Source: Macrostomum hystrix
Taxonomy: Eukaryota > Animalia > Platyhelminthes
DNA length: 64,000 nt
Direction of reading: 5' to 3'
Assembly (NCBI GenBank): GCA_950097015.1
Contig: CATNEN010000038.1
Location: 30,566,001-30,630,000, forward strand
The position numbers and the translations under genes are program-made. The notes beneath the pieces were generated by a model. It was not told where the DNA came from. It did not search any database and saw only the letters and a list, made by a program, of their open reading frames with translations. Numbering within the stretch: the first letter of the stretch is position 1; each line of letters opens with the position of its first letter. Of the stretch, positions 14,204 to 26,743 are shown piece by piece.

Positions 14204-15212
14204 TTTGTTTGGATGAGAAATTCGAGCGGATGTGGCGGTCCCCATCGGCCTTTCTGAGCAACGTGCAATGGCTGCTAATGTACATGGGACTATGTCACTA
14301 GACCTTTTGTCTATTGTCTGAAACTAAAACATAGCAAGGATAGCTGGAAAGTTCGTAATAATTCAAACCTTAAGCTAACATGATTTCAGGATAAACAATC
14401 CGCTTGAGATTTCAACAATGGAGCACTCGTTTGGTCCTGTTCGAGAAGCTGATGAATGCGAGGATGATTTCACTGAGATTTGATTCGATATATCTTGTTA
14501 ATGCAAACGTTTTTGCACCGGTGCAACATTTTATTAAATGAAATTGACAAAACAAAATTAACGGATGTCGCGTTTTTCAGAAGTGGGCAATCCGCTAATT
14601 GCTTGTCCAAACCTCCCAAATCCACGCCAAGCACCTTAAAAATAGTTTCTGCTACAGCGAAATATTAAATCAGGCCAATTTTATTTTGTGAAGTATAAAT
14701 ATATACAAGTTTATATTATTTTTTGAATGTGTAATCTGTCTTGTGTAAATGTTTTAAGTGTATTTGGTGCAATGCAGAACATAAGATTTCCAGTATAATT
14801 TGTATCGTAATTAACATGATGTTAGTGCTACGTACACAAACAAATATTTTCGCTTGTTTTCTACTCGTAATTAAAAAAATCGCATGCAGCAATGTACGAT
14901 CGAGAATGTGTGCCTTCATAATCGTTTGTTCGCCTGAGTGTTAATTTTTTTTTTGTCAATTGGTGTGACTTGCTACTCAACTCATTAATATATTGAATTG
15001 TCCATGCGTGCACGAACTGGTTGTATTTCATTTAATAGACATGAATTTTGATCGCATCGTTCTTTACTATTTCTTGATATCTTGATAAAGTCTTATATCT
15101 AAGCATGTACTCAGTATTTCGAAGACTGCTATAAAGACTTAATCGGCATTATTTTCATCGTTCAAGGGTACAATTCATAGCATTGCTTGAACAATAAACT
15201 GTTATAAAATTA

Positions 15213-15767
15213 ATCCCCCCCAACTCACGCTGTCACACGGGCACAAAAGTTAAGCAATGTCTTTAATTCTAGTCTCAGTATCGTGTGTAGGAACGACGAG
15301 CATGCAAAAGTGCCGTGACTCGTCGTGGCATCCTGATCACCAGCCGGTTGATGAACTCTTGGGGCAGCTGCTGCCAGGCATTCAGCACCGCCAGTCGCAA
15401 CTGTTCAGCATTCTGTGGTGCGTCCTGCTGAACTCTTCGCTTTACAAAGTCCCAGACATGCTCGATGGTGTTCGATCATGTCTGGAGACTTTGACGGCCA
15501 GTTCAATGTGCGAATGCCGAGCTGCTCCTTCAGCAGCTGCACGTGTGCTGCTCGATGTGGCGCAGCGTAGTCGTCTTGAAGCATGCAGTTCTGCGGGCCG
15601 CCAAAGGTTGTCGTAGCAAATGGCATAAACTGCTGCTGTAGCAGCTCTGCATAGGTCTGCCCTGCCTCCCCAAATCCCCCATGCCGCACTTTGCGCTCGC
15701 GTCTGGCGGCGGCGGCGGATGGCGTACAAAACTTTTGGGCCGTGTGACAGCGTGAGTTGGGGGGGTT
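15213..15767 (-). mobile_element. Internally deleted Tc1/mariner (Tc1-like) DNA transposon retaining only the transposase C-terminus
   Basis: Inverted termini cccccccaactcacgctgtcacacgg / ccgtgtgacagcgtgagttggggggg flanked by TA at 15211-12 and 15768-69. Minus strand encodes LQDDYAAPH...WPSKSPDM and, after a frameshift, IEHVWDFVKRRV...MPRRVTALLHARRSYTRY (Tc1 DDE C-terminal motifs). Confidence 0.9.
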
Positions 15768-18112
15768 TAGCTGAATTGCTGAGTATATTTTGTCGCTCGT
15801 CTCGCTGCCAATGACGCAGGACAGCGACGAACAAAAAATGCGCAGTGCCTCAGAGTCCCTTACGACCCCAATAATCGAGTTGCGATTGTGGTGAGACCTA
15901 CTTCCAGATGCCGAGCGGATTTTGACTGGATCCACTGACTACTTAAGTATAAGTTTATTATATAAGTTCTAAACGACAATTAAGTTAAGTCTGCAGTTCT
16001 CTGATCGTGTGTGGCATGAATGGCGCCATTCACTATGGGCTGGCCCCTGTAAATTAGCATCCTTAACTTGCTATGTATGCAATCGCAGCGCAAAATTATT
16101 ATAGGCACTTCATACGATTCATTTTCGCATCCACAAGGCAGCGAATCTTCTACGATGTCATTCTTCGTGGTGTTATGTTGGTGGTGGTGGTGTGGTCGAC
16201 TGTACGACGTTATTTCAAATTGCCGCGAAAGCGCCACTAAATTTTTGTTAGCTATCGATAGCGCAGCAACCCTTTTTGCCTAAAGTCGTCATGCAACATT
16301 CTAAAAACATATTTTATTATTTTCAGGGCCAATTGCGGCCAAATTTAGGCTGCAATCACAGAATGTTATTTGAATATTTCGTGACTGCAATAATGACTAC
16401 CGGTTTGTGACTAATATAAGACAACTAACACAAATAAACAGATTTTATTCTTGAACTTCCGCTTTAAAATATGCAGAGAGCATGACAGCAAAAAATCTTT
16501 ACATTGTTTGATTTCTAAACTAAACTTTACACGTTTCACAAAAACTATTCATGCTGCTCTTTCGTTTTACAGAGCCCAGATCCTTATTCGTTTAAAATCG
16601 TAAATGTTAGAATTTAAACATATAGACACAAAAGCAAAACGATGCTATTAACTTTGTTATAACGAATGATGTGTCAAATGTTACCGTACTATATTTAATT
16701 GGACCTATATTCGCATTATTCGCAATTGTTGAAAAACGAAAAAGAGCTATTAAGTTCACAGCTTTACTTGAAAACGTTTTAAAGCGTTTTAAGCACTTCA
16801 GTTGATTCCTTTAAGTAGACTGCTTAATTGCTTCTGCCGAAACATCTTTAAATAAATCGATATGCAAAAAAACGGTAAGGCCGTTACAATGAGTTTTTTG
16901 TTTTTAACATACTTCACAGTTTTTTTCTGTTCCTTAAGAAAGTTCCTAGTACGCTTAGTGCCACGAATTGTTAATACCATAAACTAAATAGCTAAAAGGC
17001 CAATGTGCAATTTCGCCTCGAAAAATACATGTGTAGTGCATTCCCGTTTTTCTTTTTTAATTTTAAATTGACTAATAAAGCTGCAATGAACAAGACTGGA
17101 CAATGAACAAGGCACTAAATATATTTTGTTGTTTATTGAGGCAACATTACAAATTTATTCATGAAATTCTATGCTGTTGTTGCTATTCTTTCCTAAATTT
17201 GCTGCTTTGATAGAATTTGTACATTTTAAAGCATTATGTAGTGTGTATAGGCCCTATACTTAACGTTGTAGTTTCAATTGGACATACATATAAAGCCAAT
17301 TGATAATTTAATACATACTTTTTTAATAAGACAATAATTATCGTTGCTGTTAGAATGCAAAGCTGCTATGATTATTGGTAATATTTTTTCTTTTTTTGTT
17401 TTGTACTGCACAGAAACTATGAAATTTTGTCTAACAATGACAAAAGCTATAAGAAATATTGTATATTAAGTATTGTTGAGTAAGACGGATGAGCTTGTTG
17501 ATAAGTTAAGAAATTACCAAACAGGGAGAATTTTCCAGCTTGTTAGAAAGTTAGATTGTACTGTATTGTACTGTTAGAAACGGATAATTTACCCATGAAC
17601 AGTTGAAAAAACAGTGCTAACTTAGTTTATTTAAAGTTAAATTGTTTAATTTGTATATATTATCCACTTTTGCGGCATAAACTATTCATCCGTGTGTGGG
17701 TTCTATTTGCTCAAAAAAGAAATAATTTGCCTTGAAAGTTAAACAGATAAAAGGTATGCATAGTCTGCCTCTTTAACCACTCATAATGTTTGAGCATCTG
17801 CATTGCTGTCTCTTATTCCTTTTTAATTGACTCGCATTATACTTTTTCTTGCAATGCTGCATTTTACAATTTGTGTTTTTAAGCTGTATGTATCCTATCC
17901 ACCATCCTTAAGGATTGTTTGTATGGAGTGTTTGTCTCTCCTCTTAGCAAGATAGTCACTGCTGCACTGAAGAATCAATAAAAATTTGTATTTTGGGAAA
18001 ATTGTAAATTTTCAAATCTGGACTTATCATTTATCAATCACTATTCGGTATATGTGTAGCCACTTATGAAATAAAGAGTCATAATTAGAATTTAGATTTG
18101 CTAAAAAATCAC

Positions 18113-18577
18113 ATGTTTTCAAACCCACAAAACACAGATAAGCCGAGCTACCCAGGCCAGCAACAGCAGCAGCAGCAGCCCTATCCGCCAATGCAGCCGC
18201 AGCACTACCCGCCAATGCAGGGCCAATATCCACCGCAAGGTCCTCCGCCTCCGTACTACTATCAACCCCAGCAGCAGCCGCAGTATTATCCCCAGGCATC
18301 CTATCAGCAGCAGCCGCACTATCCGTATCCATCTGGCACAGTGGCGCCGCCACAGTATTCCATGCCTTCGACTGGCACCACGGTGGTAGTTCAGGGCGCG
18401 TTCGATCCTGGAGCTCGTTTTAGCGGCGTCTCTCAGCCGAACATCCCGCCGCCTCCGCCAGGCTGCATGCCGAATGCGGCTCAAATGGCCGCAATGCAAG
18501 GTCACACGGTGGTTGGTACCCAACGGCGAGACAATAATTTCTTCTGGGGCGAAACAGGAGGCGGTTGGACGTGGTGA
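18113..18577 (+). CDS. DAZAP2: DAZ-associated protein 2 homolog (Pro/Gln/Tyr-rich)
   Basis: C-terminus VVVQGAFDPGARF..NIPPPPPGCMPNAAQMAAMQGHTVVGTQRRDNNFFWGETGGGWTW matches the DAZAP2 family signature (GYDAGARF...IPPPPPGCPPNAAQLA.MQG..V..TQRK..FF.GG..GGYT.W). First ATG at 18113. Confidence 0.9.
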   Translation: MFSNPQNTDKPSYPGQQQQQQQPYPPMQPQHYPPMQGQYPPQGPPPPYYYQPQQQPQYYPQASYQQQPHYPYPSGTVAPPQYSMPSTGTTVVVQGAFDPGARFSGVSQPNIPPPPPGCMPNAAQMAAMQGHTVVGTQRRDNNFFWGETGGGWTW

Positions 18578-19223
18578 ACCAGCCAGTTTTTTGTCCCCCG
18601 TTGTGCGTTAATTAACAGTAGCCATTGGCCAATGACAAATAAAGACCCGTTATTTTTATAATAACTAATTTGGGCGTTCTCAATATAGTACATAGGCGAT
18701 TATACGATCACGGGCGCGAAACGGCGAGATGTCTCTGGAAAAAAACTCACCCAAAGCTTTTTTATCGGTTTTCCGCGTTATTTTCCGCGGTTTCTATGGT
18801 AAAATGGCGAAAGAGAGTAAATCAAAATGTCTATGGGAAAATCTGATTAAGGCAGCCTGGTGTAAATCTAAAGTGTCTATGGGTTTTTTCTTGTTTGCAG
18901 TTTATTAAAACATTTCGAGGTCGTAACAAAATTTAGCAATTACTGTAGTTTACAAAGAACCAAAATAAATGTGTTTTTTTATTACGTTTCGCCTTGTCTA
19001 CCAAATATTTTCGCTCGCTGACGCTAAATCTTAATCGCTTAAATGGCTTTTACTGTAGTGCCCTTGCGAAAAATTTCCGTTTTTGAGTTACAAAAAAATA
19101 CGATTTTAAATATTCCAGTTTAACATCCTTTACGGTAATTTTAATTTTTCACCATCTTGCAGAAAATGACATTTGACATTACAGAATATCGGATTGAAGA
19201 ATTTATAGAGAATTGAATTTGAT

Positions 19224-19477
19224 GGCAATTCTGCCCATTTCGCTGACTCCTGAGCACACACACATACAGGTGTGTACATCTGCCCTGACTTTCTCATCTT
19301 CATGCAGTATAAACTTTCACTGTGCCTTGGAGATTGTCTGTCATGGGCGTAAATTGCACGACAAGCCCCCAAGCCTTCTCCTCGCGGCAGCGCACCAAAT
19401 GAATGTGGCCTCGCTGCGGAATCGAGCTCAGGTACCTTAGTGCGAGAGGCGAACGCATTAGACCAATCACGACCCCT
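19224..19477 (-). mobile_element. tRNA-derived SINE, family A, copy 1
   Basis: Reverse complement aligns with the copies at ~34735 and ~36108 (ctgagctcgattccgc..gaggccacattcatttgg..aggcttgggggcttgtcgtgcaatttacgcc..gagaaagtcagggcagatgtacacacctg..ctcaggagtcagcgaaatgggcagaattgcc). Confidence 0.85.
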
Positions 19478-20244
19478 TTGCTCTGGTAAATAAGAGCGTA
19501 GGCTATAGGTTTAGTGTGTTTTTTTAACTTTCCCTAATACACTTTTCCATACTTTTCGGCTGTTTGCACAGCTTAATTTTCTGTAGCATCGCGTACCTTT
19601 TGTCTATTCAGTTGATTTGATTGATAATTCCTTTTAGAGTGAAACGAGTTTATTAACTTCTAAAATCTTACGTAATTTTTCCAAATGTAAAATAAACAAG
19701 ACACAGAAAAATGGCAATGAAGTTAAAAACAAGTCTCACAAGTGCTACTAAATTTAAACAAATAAAGATTGGTTTAAAATTAAGTAATGTTTATAAATAA
19801 TTGTGTTATATTCTTTGTTTTGTAACCTTTTGGACGTTAAATTTAATTACAATATAAAGCACGAAAATGGAAAAGAACATTAAACCCTTGTTTTTTGTGT
19901 ATTTTATTATCTTTTCCAACAAGATTTATATACATATATATTCTCATCTGCTACTACTGTCCATTTATACAATAAGAATCCGATTTCGTAATTTAGCGTG
20001 TTCGAATTATTAATTTTTAGCTAAATTAGGACAGTGCGCGTACTCTCGCAGTCCAACTAAAGTCAATTTTTAATTGATGACTCATTTTTTAATAGTTACG
20101 CACTTTCCGGGTTTGTTAGCCGGAGAATTACATCCGTTGCGTATTCTATATATAGGAATAGTTAAAAGAATATTTTATTTCGCTTTTTTTATCAGGAACT
20201 AAATAATCAATTATAAATTTCTGTGGGATAAGGAGTTTGTAAAC

Positions 20245-20365
20245 CATTGTTTAGAGCTTCGGACTTTAAACCTAGAGGTCAGAAGTTCGAAAAGCAGACC
20301 AACAGAAACAAGGTTCGTGTCCTTGATACTTTATTCTTTATTGCTTCAGTCGATCAAACTGTTCC
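20245..20365 (+). mobile_element. Degenerate tRNA-head SINE remnant (possibly CORE-like)
   Basis: ttagagcttcggactttaaacctagaggtcagaagttcgaa (B-box-like) followed by gtgtccttg..actttattct..ttgcttcagtc. Highly diverged. Confidence 0.3.
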
Positions 20366-20611
20366 CCAGTCCACGGACATTATACATCAGTACACAGCCT
20401 TAGAGTGTCATTTGCACTTTTAAAAAATATTATTTCTTTTAGTTATAAAATCGAGAACAATAAAGATAAAGTTTATTTAAACGAAGATTATACTATTAGT
20501 GACAAAATTAGTTTGAATATGTGTAAAAATTCAGCAAAAAGTTCTGATAGATCGTAAATTTGAAAATGCGAACACAATACTACTAGATTTTGTGCGCAGT
20601 AGTAGATTTAT

Positions 20612-22048
20612 TTAATAGTACGAAGCCCGCATTCGTTTCTCGTGCTCCATTCGAGCCTCGATGCTGCAGTAACGGTTCGGCATCGGACTTATGGAGCCAT
20701 TGTACCTAACTCGACCAGCTGAATTCGAAAATGAGCAGTTCCTGCTGCAGTTGTCAAAGCCGAATCCCGACTGGTAGCTGAAAGTCAGGCAGCGTTGAAA
20801 GCGTCTGACTTGGTGGGTCAGTCTGGCAAAATACCGCAGCATCAGGCAGAGCAGCAGGCAGCTGATGATGCTGCAGATCACTGACAACAGCAGGGCTGGG
20901 CTGCTGGGTAGTAGGCTGGTTAATTCTGGGGCCACTGTACGTTGGGTGAAGCGGAATGGCTTTATTTTTTATTTCTACTCGGGTGTGTTTATCCTATCCT
21001 TCCCATCACATATTCCACCTTCCAATCACATATTCCATGCCACCTTCCTATCACATATTCTACCTTCCCATCACATATTCTACCTTCCCATCACATATTC
21101 TACCTTCCCATCATATATTCTACCTTCCCATCACATATTCTACCTTTCTATCACGTCACATATTCTACCTTCCTATCACATATTCTACCTTCCCATCACA
21201 TATTCTACCTTCCCATCACATATTCTACCTTCCCATCATATATTCTACCTTCCCATCACATATTGTACCTTTCTATCACGTCACATATTCTACCTTCCTA
21301 TCACATATTCTACCTTCCCATCACATATTCTACCTTCCCATCACATATTCTACCTTCCCATCACATATTCTACCTTCCCATCACATATTCTATCTTCTTG
21401 TGGCCCATTCTACAGGTATATTCCTGTCATAAATTTGTACCTCTCAATCACACGATTCTCATTTAACCCGGAATTCATTTTTCTTGAAAAACTCTGAGTG
21501 TTATGCTATTTACCTGCGGGTTGCACACTCAGTCTGGACTGGAGTCTGTGGCACAGGTGGACCATAAAGAACGGTATCTTCGGTCGACTCAAAGCCTTCT
21601 CCGTATTCACCAACTCAAAGTTAATCTCTCGTGTCGCTGGCAACCATTCGGCCATCCAAATCGTAGTTTGCCCGCCGTCGCCAAGTCTTTTATCGTCGGC
21701 AAAGTACAAATAACGAACAGAATTGTTGTTACTATGCGGAAGAGTATTGCCGAAACTGTTGAGCATGAGATTAAGCACAGATGGACTAAGCAACAAGTCC
21801 CTGTGCAATAGGCCAGAGCCTCGACCGCTACACGATATAGATTGACTTTTGTAGGCCGACTGAACTGTGCCATTGCCGACGGCGCCAAGTGAATTCTTTG
21901 GCAGAATTCGGAAACTCAGTCGCGACTCGGTGAAGTGCTCATAGTCTATGGCCAGGTAGGCATTGACATCTTGCCAGTCGTTGGTTGCTATGACAGTTGG
22001 AAGCGGTGCCGATAGACAGAGGCACAAGTGCACACAGAATAGTCTCAT
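20612..22048 (-). CDS. Two-exon predicted type-I membrane protein, ~285 aa, family not recognised (exons 22048-21514 and 20934-20612)
   Basis: Hydrophobic N-terminus MRLFCVHLCLCLSAP. CAG|GTAAAT donor and TACAG| acceptor join in phase 1 (G|TG=Val). TM segment LLLSVICSIISCLLLCLML followed by basic residues; tail ends RMRASYY*. Confidence 0.75.
20999..21395. repeat. 20-bp minisatellite (cacatattctaccttcccat)n filling the intron of the membrane-protein gene
   Basis: About 19 visible tandem units. Confidence 0.95.
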
Positions 22049-23856
22049 TGAACTTCTATGGATCGATCATAATCAGAGAACTAGCTATAAGAGAAGTTAT
22101 TCTGCAAACACAGTTCAAGTGTATTTATGGGTCGCAAGCTGCGTTTAGCCATTTAGTAATTTTCCATTCCATCTAAGAACGTACAAGAAACGTGCTCGTA
22201 TAGAAAATGAACATAAATATAATTTGTACGCATCAATATTTAACATATTGATGTACGTTTGAAAAATCGATTGAAAAATACTCATTTGCACTGAATAAAA
22301 TTTTTTTCATCATATTTTAAAGTACGCATTTAAAATATGGACCGTGCTATATATATGTAAAAGTTTTTTTAAAGTAGATGACAATTACAGAGTATCAGCA
22401 AACAAAAATTGTAGCTACAAAAAACCCGTAGTGTATGTGTGTATGTGAATAAATATTCTTTGTCGTTGTACTAATATAACAATGATATCCAGGAAGGCTA
22501 TGGACACTGGCGCTTCAAGAGCGGCTGGATGTGAAAGTGTCGGCACAATCCAATTAGCTGAATATTTATTTTTATGATTCTGTGCTATGGGGTAATAAAT
22601 TCACAGGGCCATAAATCTCTCGACATTCGACAGAATTATTATAATTTCATCGCGGCGGAGTCGGTGGCGGCGTCGGCGAAGATCATAGGCACTATCGTGA
22701 AGTAGGCAGTGTGTATTTGAAATAACGCAGCTATAGGGTCTTAATTCCTCAGGGGGGACAATTTCGTGGTTTTTTGTCGCATTAAAACAATCTGCACAGA
22801 TAGGACCCGAGAATAGGCTGCCAAAGAAGTGCCAGAGCTACATTGAATCACGTAGAACAGCCAGCAAGGGCTCGAATTCGATAGGCCGTCAGACGGTGCT
22901 GAAGAATCGCCCGATTGCCGCGGCGATTTGTCGAATTCTAAATTGATGAGCAACGACAAAGGACGCCTCTTCTTCCTGACGAAGCCTACCTAAAGGTAGT
23001 CCTGCGTCGCGTTGTTGATAGCGTCTGCATGAAGCTCATCTATTGCATCAATCACGGACTAGCCATCTAGGGATGTGAAAACCATTTACAATGCCGTTGT
23101 GACGGACAGGCACAAGATGATCGACTATGAAAGACCCCGAGAGAGAAGAGAAGCTTTGTTATGCCAGCATCGAAGCCGCGAGAAGTGGAGAGCTATGAGG
23201 AAAACCTAGCCAATGCGGCGAAATCGTCAGTAGCGCCTGTGTAAGTGTGAGCCTGCATACGGTATCTGCGTGCGAGTTGCTACGCAATTGCTACGGATTG
23301 TCGATTGACCACGCGTGCAAGACTTCATTCCTGCACACTTTTGCGTGCGATTTATTCAAGACGTTCAGCAGTAACCCGTCAAATGCTGTTCAGAAACAGT
23401 TTATTTAATAAATGTTTTATAAAACCAAATTGAAAAAGAAACTAACGCCATTACACAGTGTGTGCCCGCGCTAAGTTAAATTTTATTTTCCAGGTTTTCT
23501 CAGCATTGAAACTGAAAATTAAAAAATTGATTTCATAATAAAATATAGTCCAAACAATGATGCAGTCTGACACCCCTTCCGTGCACAGCCAGCCCTAAAA
23601 TTAAGTTAATTTATCTACCTAGACCTTATCCGATCGACTGCTGCAGCCGATCTGCATGGTCAGATTCATACCAGAGAGAGGGGGCCCTCTTACATAGTCA
23701 ATTATTTTGATAAGCGCAGCATTTTGATAAAACTTCTTAATGTTAGTACTTGGGGGGCTCTGCCCCCACACCCCCACAAGGGGGCTTCGCCCCCTTGACC
23801 CCTCTCTGTCCACTCACTCAAATTTATGATGCAACTTAATAGTCAATCGACAATGG

Positions 23857-23929
23857 GATTCCAACACGCCGATGAGTGCGCGAGCACTCGTGCTTTTGCC
23901 ATTGACGCACTCATCGGCGTGCAGGAATC
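23857..23929. other. Strong inverted repeat / hairpin
   Basis: cacgccgatgagtgcg (23865-23880) pairs perfectly with cgcactcatcggcgtg (23906-23921), extended by gattcc/ggaatc; 25-nt loop. Confidence 0.7.
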
Positions 23930-24649
23930 ATTCATTCAATCTTATTGGAGCGACAATAAGAGCTCTTTTTGTTGTTTGTCTCCCACTTGGTGTCCTGCCT
24001 GAGACGTCAAATATTCTAGCCATGGCCTATAATAATCTTTGAAGCCGGATGAAAAGAGAATGCAAGACGAAATAGAAAGTTACTTTTTGTGAAATTGATT
24101 TACTTTAACTTGGTCATGCCGGTCTCGCGGACGAAATTGAAGTTACTTAGTTTGAAATAGAAGTTGAAAACCAATAGTACTCGCATATATGGGTAGAATG
24201 AAATACGTCAAAATGTTAACAGAATGTGAAAAGCGTTTAATTAGCAATCTAGCTCGTATAAGCATCATACTGCCAGCGCACTATTTTATAGGTTGGCCAA
24301 ATGACTCCAGAAATTTCGAGTTTTTTAATTGTTATATGGATCAATCAAAGGTGAAATTACACGATCGATGAACGTATTGTTGGCGTGTGCGTGTACATGA
24401 TCTTTTTAATAAATAAACTAAGTGAACAAACGCCTGTACTCGTATCTCTTGCTCTACAGTGCATGTACATCCTGGTATCTGTTTTTATATCCAAAAAACT
24501 ATAGCTTCGACCAATCAGAAATCGCAATAATTAGCCACCCACCCACCCTTAATTCAATTTTACTATCGATCGATCTTCTAATATGAAGAAATCAAGTTGA
24601 ATGTTTGCAGTTAACCTGAATTCACATTTTAAACACTTTGGATTGAAAC

Positions 24650-25810
24650 ATGAGTCTACTTGTATTTTATCTAGTGCTCATAGTATCCAACGCTCCATCG
24701 CCTTTGATTTCGCTGCCCTCCGCAGCTCCACAATCGAATTGCCCGGATCCTTTGCACTTTATTGCGCCGGACGCTGCTGGCGGCTGCAATGGCCCAACAG
24801 CATACGTCATGTCCGCATCCGCTGACTTCACAGACTGTCCAGCCAGGAGTGTCTGCCTGTCCAGAGTCGAAACCGCTGCCTGTCCGGACAGTCTCCTCGC
24901 CGCTGTTGGTCAGCCGAGTGACTGTCCGAGTTCAGCTCCGTTGCGTCTGCTTGAGTACCAGTCGCCAGTGATTAGGAAGGAGCGTGAGTTGTTCTCCGCG
25001 CCGCTATGTCCACTGGAGTTTCGCTGCATTGCTTTGAGCTGCTTCGACGATTTTTGTCGGGCGAAGCGCCAGCCAAGTGCCACAGTGGCGCCCAGCGGTC
25101 TTAGTCGTCCGTCGATAGCTCGAAGTGGCAGTCTGCAGTGCGAATACCTTCAATGCGGCTGTACAGTCACGGAAGCTGACTTATTAGCCGAAGGCTGCCC
25201 AAGACCTGGCGACCTGTTGATCCTGCGAGCCGACCCTGTGAACGGATGTCCAGCGAAGCTTTGCGTTGCAAAACTGCCGTTGAATTTAATGCAACCTGCA
25301 CTGCCGGTATCGGCTGCAACCTCGACTGCTCGACCGGATGCAACAACTAAAGACACGCAGCAGAGTGACTGCTCAAATCACGACTCTATTCTGAACTGCC
25401 CGCCCAGTACTAGCGAGCTCATTGTGCCAAACCCGGTCCCTGGCAAGTGTCCTCTGCGAATCTGCCTACTGCCAGAACTGTTGGAAAGCAGCAGCGACAC
25501 TACCATGACTACTGGCAGTAGTAGCTTGGGTACCAACCAACCAAGTGGTGCCTATAAAGCTGAAATGTCAACCACTAAAGCAAAAATCATCCACTTCACA
25601 ACATTAACAGCTGATACTGAAACTAGTACCATCGAACCAGACACAACAAAACCGTCTAGACAGATGGTTGACAATGGAAGCAGTTCAACTAAAAAACCAA
25701 CAACCATGCCAGCCGCCACTCCTTCGACTGCTTCTGTTAAATCGACCACTGTCTCAATTGTCAGCGAGCAAGCTAACTCAACATCTGTGCCCGTAATCAA
25801 TGTTGTTTAA
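24650..25810 (+). CDS. Secreted cysteine-rich protein with Thr/Ser-rich mucin-like C-terminal tail (intronless ORF, 386 aa)
   Basis: Signal-peptide-like MSLLVFYLVLIVSNA, many Cys-Pro motifs, T/S-rich tail. GC-richer than the flanks. CCAAT (gaccaatcag) near 24509. Confidence 0.75.
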   Translation: MSLLVFYLVLIVSNAPSPLISLPSAAPQSNCPDPLHFIAPDAAGGCNGPTAYVMSASADFTDCPARSVCLSRVETAACPDSLLAAVGQPSDCPSSAPLRLLEYQSPVIRKERELFSAPLCPLEFRCIALSCFDDFCRAKRQPSATVAPSGLSRPSIARSGSLQCEYLQCGCTVTEADLLAEGCPRPGDLLILRADPVNGCPAKLCVAKLPLNLMQPALPVSAATSTARPDATTKDTQQSDCSNHDSILNCPPSTSELIVPNPVPGKCPLRICLLPELLESSSDTTMTTGSSSLGTNQPSGAYKAEMSTTKAKIIHFTTLTADTETSTIEPDTTKPSRQMVDNGSSSTKKPTTMPAATPSTASVKSTTVSIVSEQANSTSVPVINVV

Positions 25811-26395
25811 GAGTTTTGCTATAATTTCTTAGAAACTGTCATACCGAATCAACAAAATTATAGTATTGATTTAAATAATAATTTAAATATAACATTTTTC
25901 GTTTTACAAAAAAATGTTTTTTGTACTTCATATACTGCATGTCGATTGTCTCGGATAATAATTATAGCTTTGGGCGTACTATTGTAATAGGTCTTTACGC
26001 AATACGATGCATTTGTTGTTAAAAACGAATTCCCCATCAGACGGGGAGCGCGTCAGTTCCGAAGAAACCTTTAGAGACTTCTTAGATCTTATTTTACAGA
26101 TAATTTCATAAATATTTTTAACTCATTTCTGAACTTTAAGAGTAACAGTAGCACACGAGTATTAAAACAATAAACAATGAAAACTAAATAATATTTCAAT
26201 AAGAATACATATTATGGCGCTAGCACTATCCCATGCTTTTAAAATGGCGTTTTTATGTCTCGTCGACACTCTAATGATCGAATGCGATTGACTTTAATTA
26301 TAAGGGCAAAAAACGTTTTTCACAGAACTAAAACGAATACAAATAATTCCAGCTTTAACTAGCCTTAATTACTGGATCTTTTGCTGCAGCAGTGG

Positions 26396-26411
26396 GGCCC
26401 TATTAAGGGCC
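26396..26411 (-). promoter_or_regulatory. Second, non-canonical histone-type stem-loop downstream of H2B
   Basis: Minus strand AAAAC-GGCCCT-TAAT-AGGGCC-CCA: same stem and 5' flank as the H2B stem-loop, but loop TAAT. Confidence 0.5.
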
Positions 26412-26727
26412 GTTTTAACCAACTATACTAATACGCCGACACAGGCGCAATTGTAGACTGCTATCCAGCGACAAAAAATTATTGTCTTAATGTCTACGTT
26501 TGCTTTAACACTAGGATCTCGATTCTGGCAAGTTATTGATTCAAGTAGTGATTATCACGGATTTTAATTTTTCGACATTTAACCGCGCCTGCCATTATTC
26601 TAGCCATCTAAGTCCTAGAAAAACATAAGGCTTACTTAAGTTATTAGCAAGAGGCTTGAGTCAGATGTTTAATTTTTACTTTCAGTACGTTGTTTGACAG
26701 ACTTATTAAGCTTCGAACATATTTGGT

Positions 26728-26743
26728 GGCCCTGAAAAGGGCC
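26728..26743 (-). promoter_or_regulatory. Canonical histone 3' stem-loop of H2B
   Basis: Minus strand AAAAC-GGCCCT-TTTC-AGGGCC-ACCAA, 63 nt after the H2B stop. Confidence 0.95.

Noticed and set aside
18693-18890. Repeated gtctatggg motifs suggesting a DNA-transposon end
   Set aside because: No matching second terminus or TSD could be located.
22860-23250. GC-richer, coding-looking patch
   Set aside because: Frames are interrupted by stops and no family is recognisable; possibly a decayed element.
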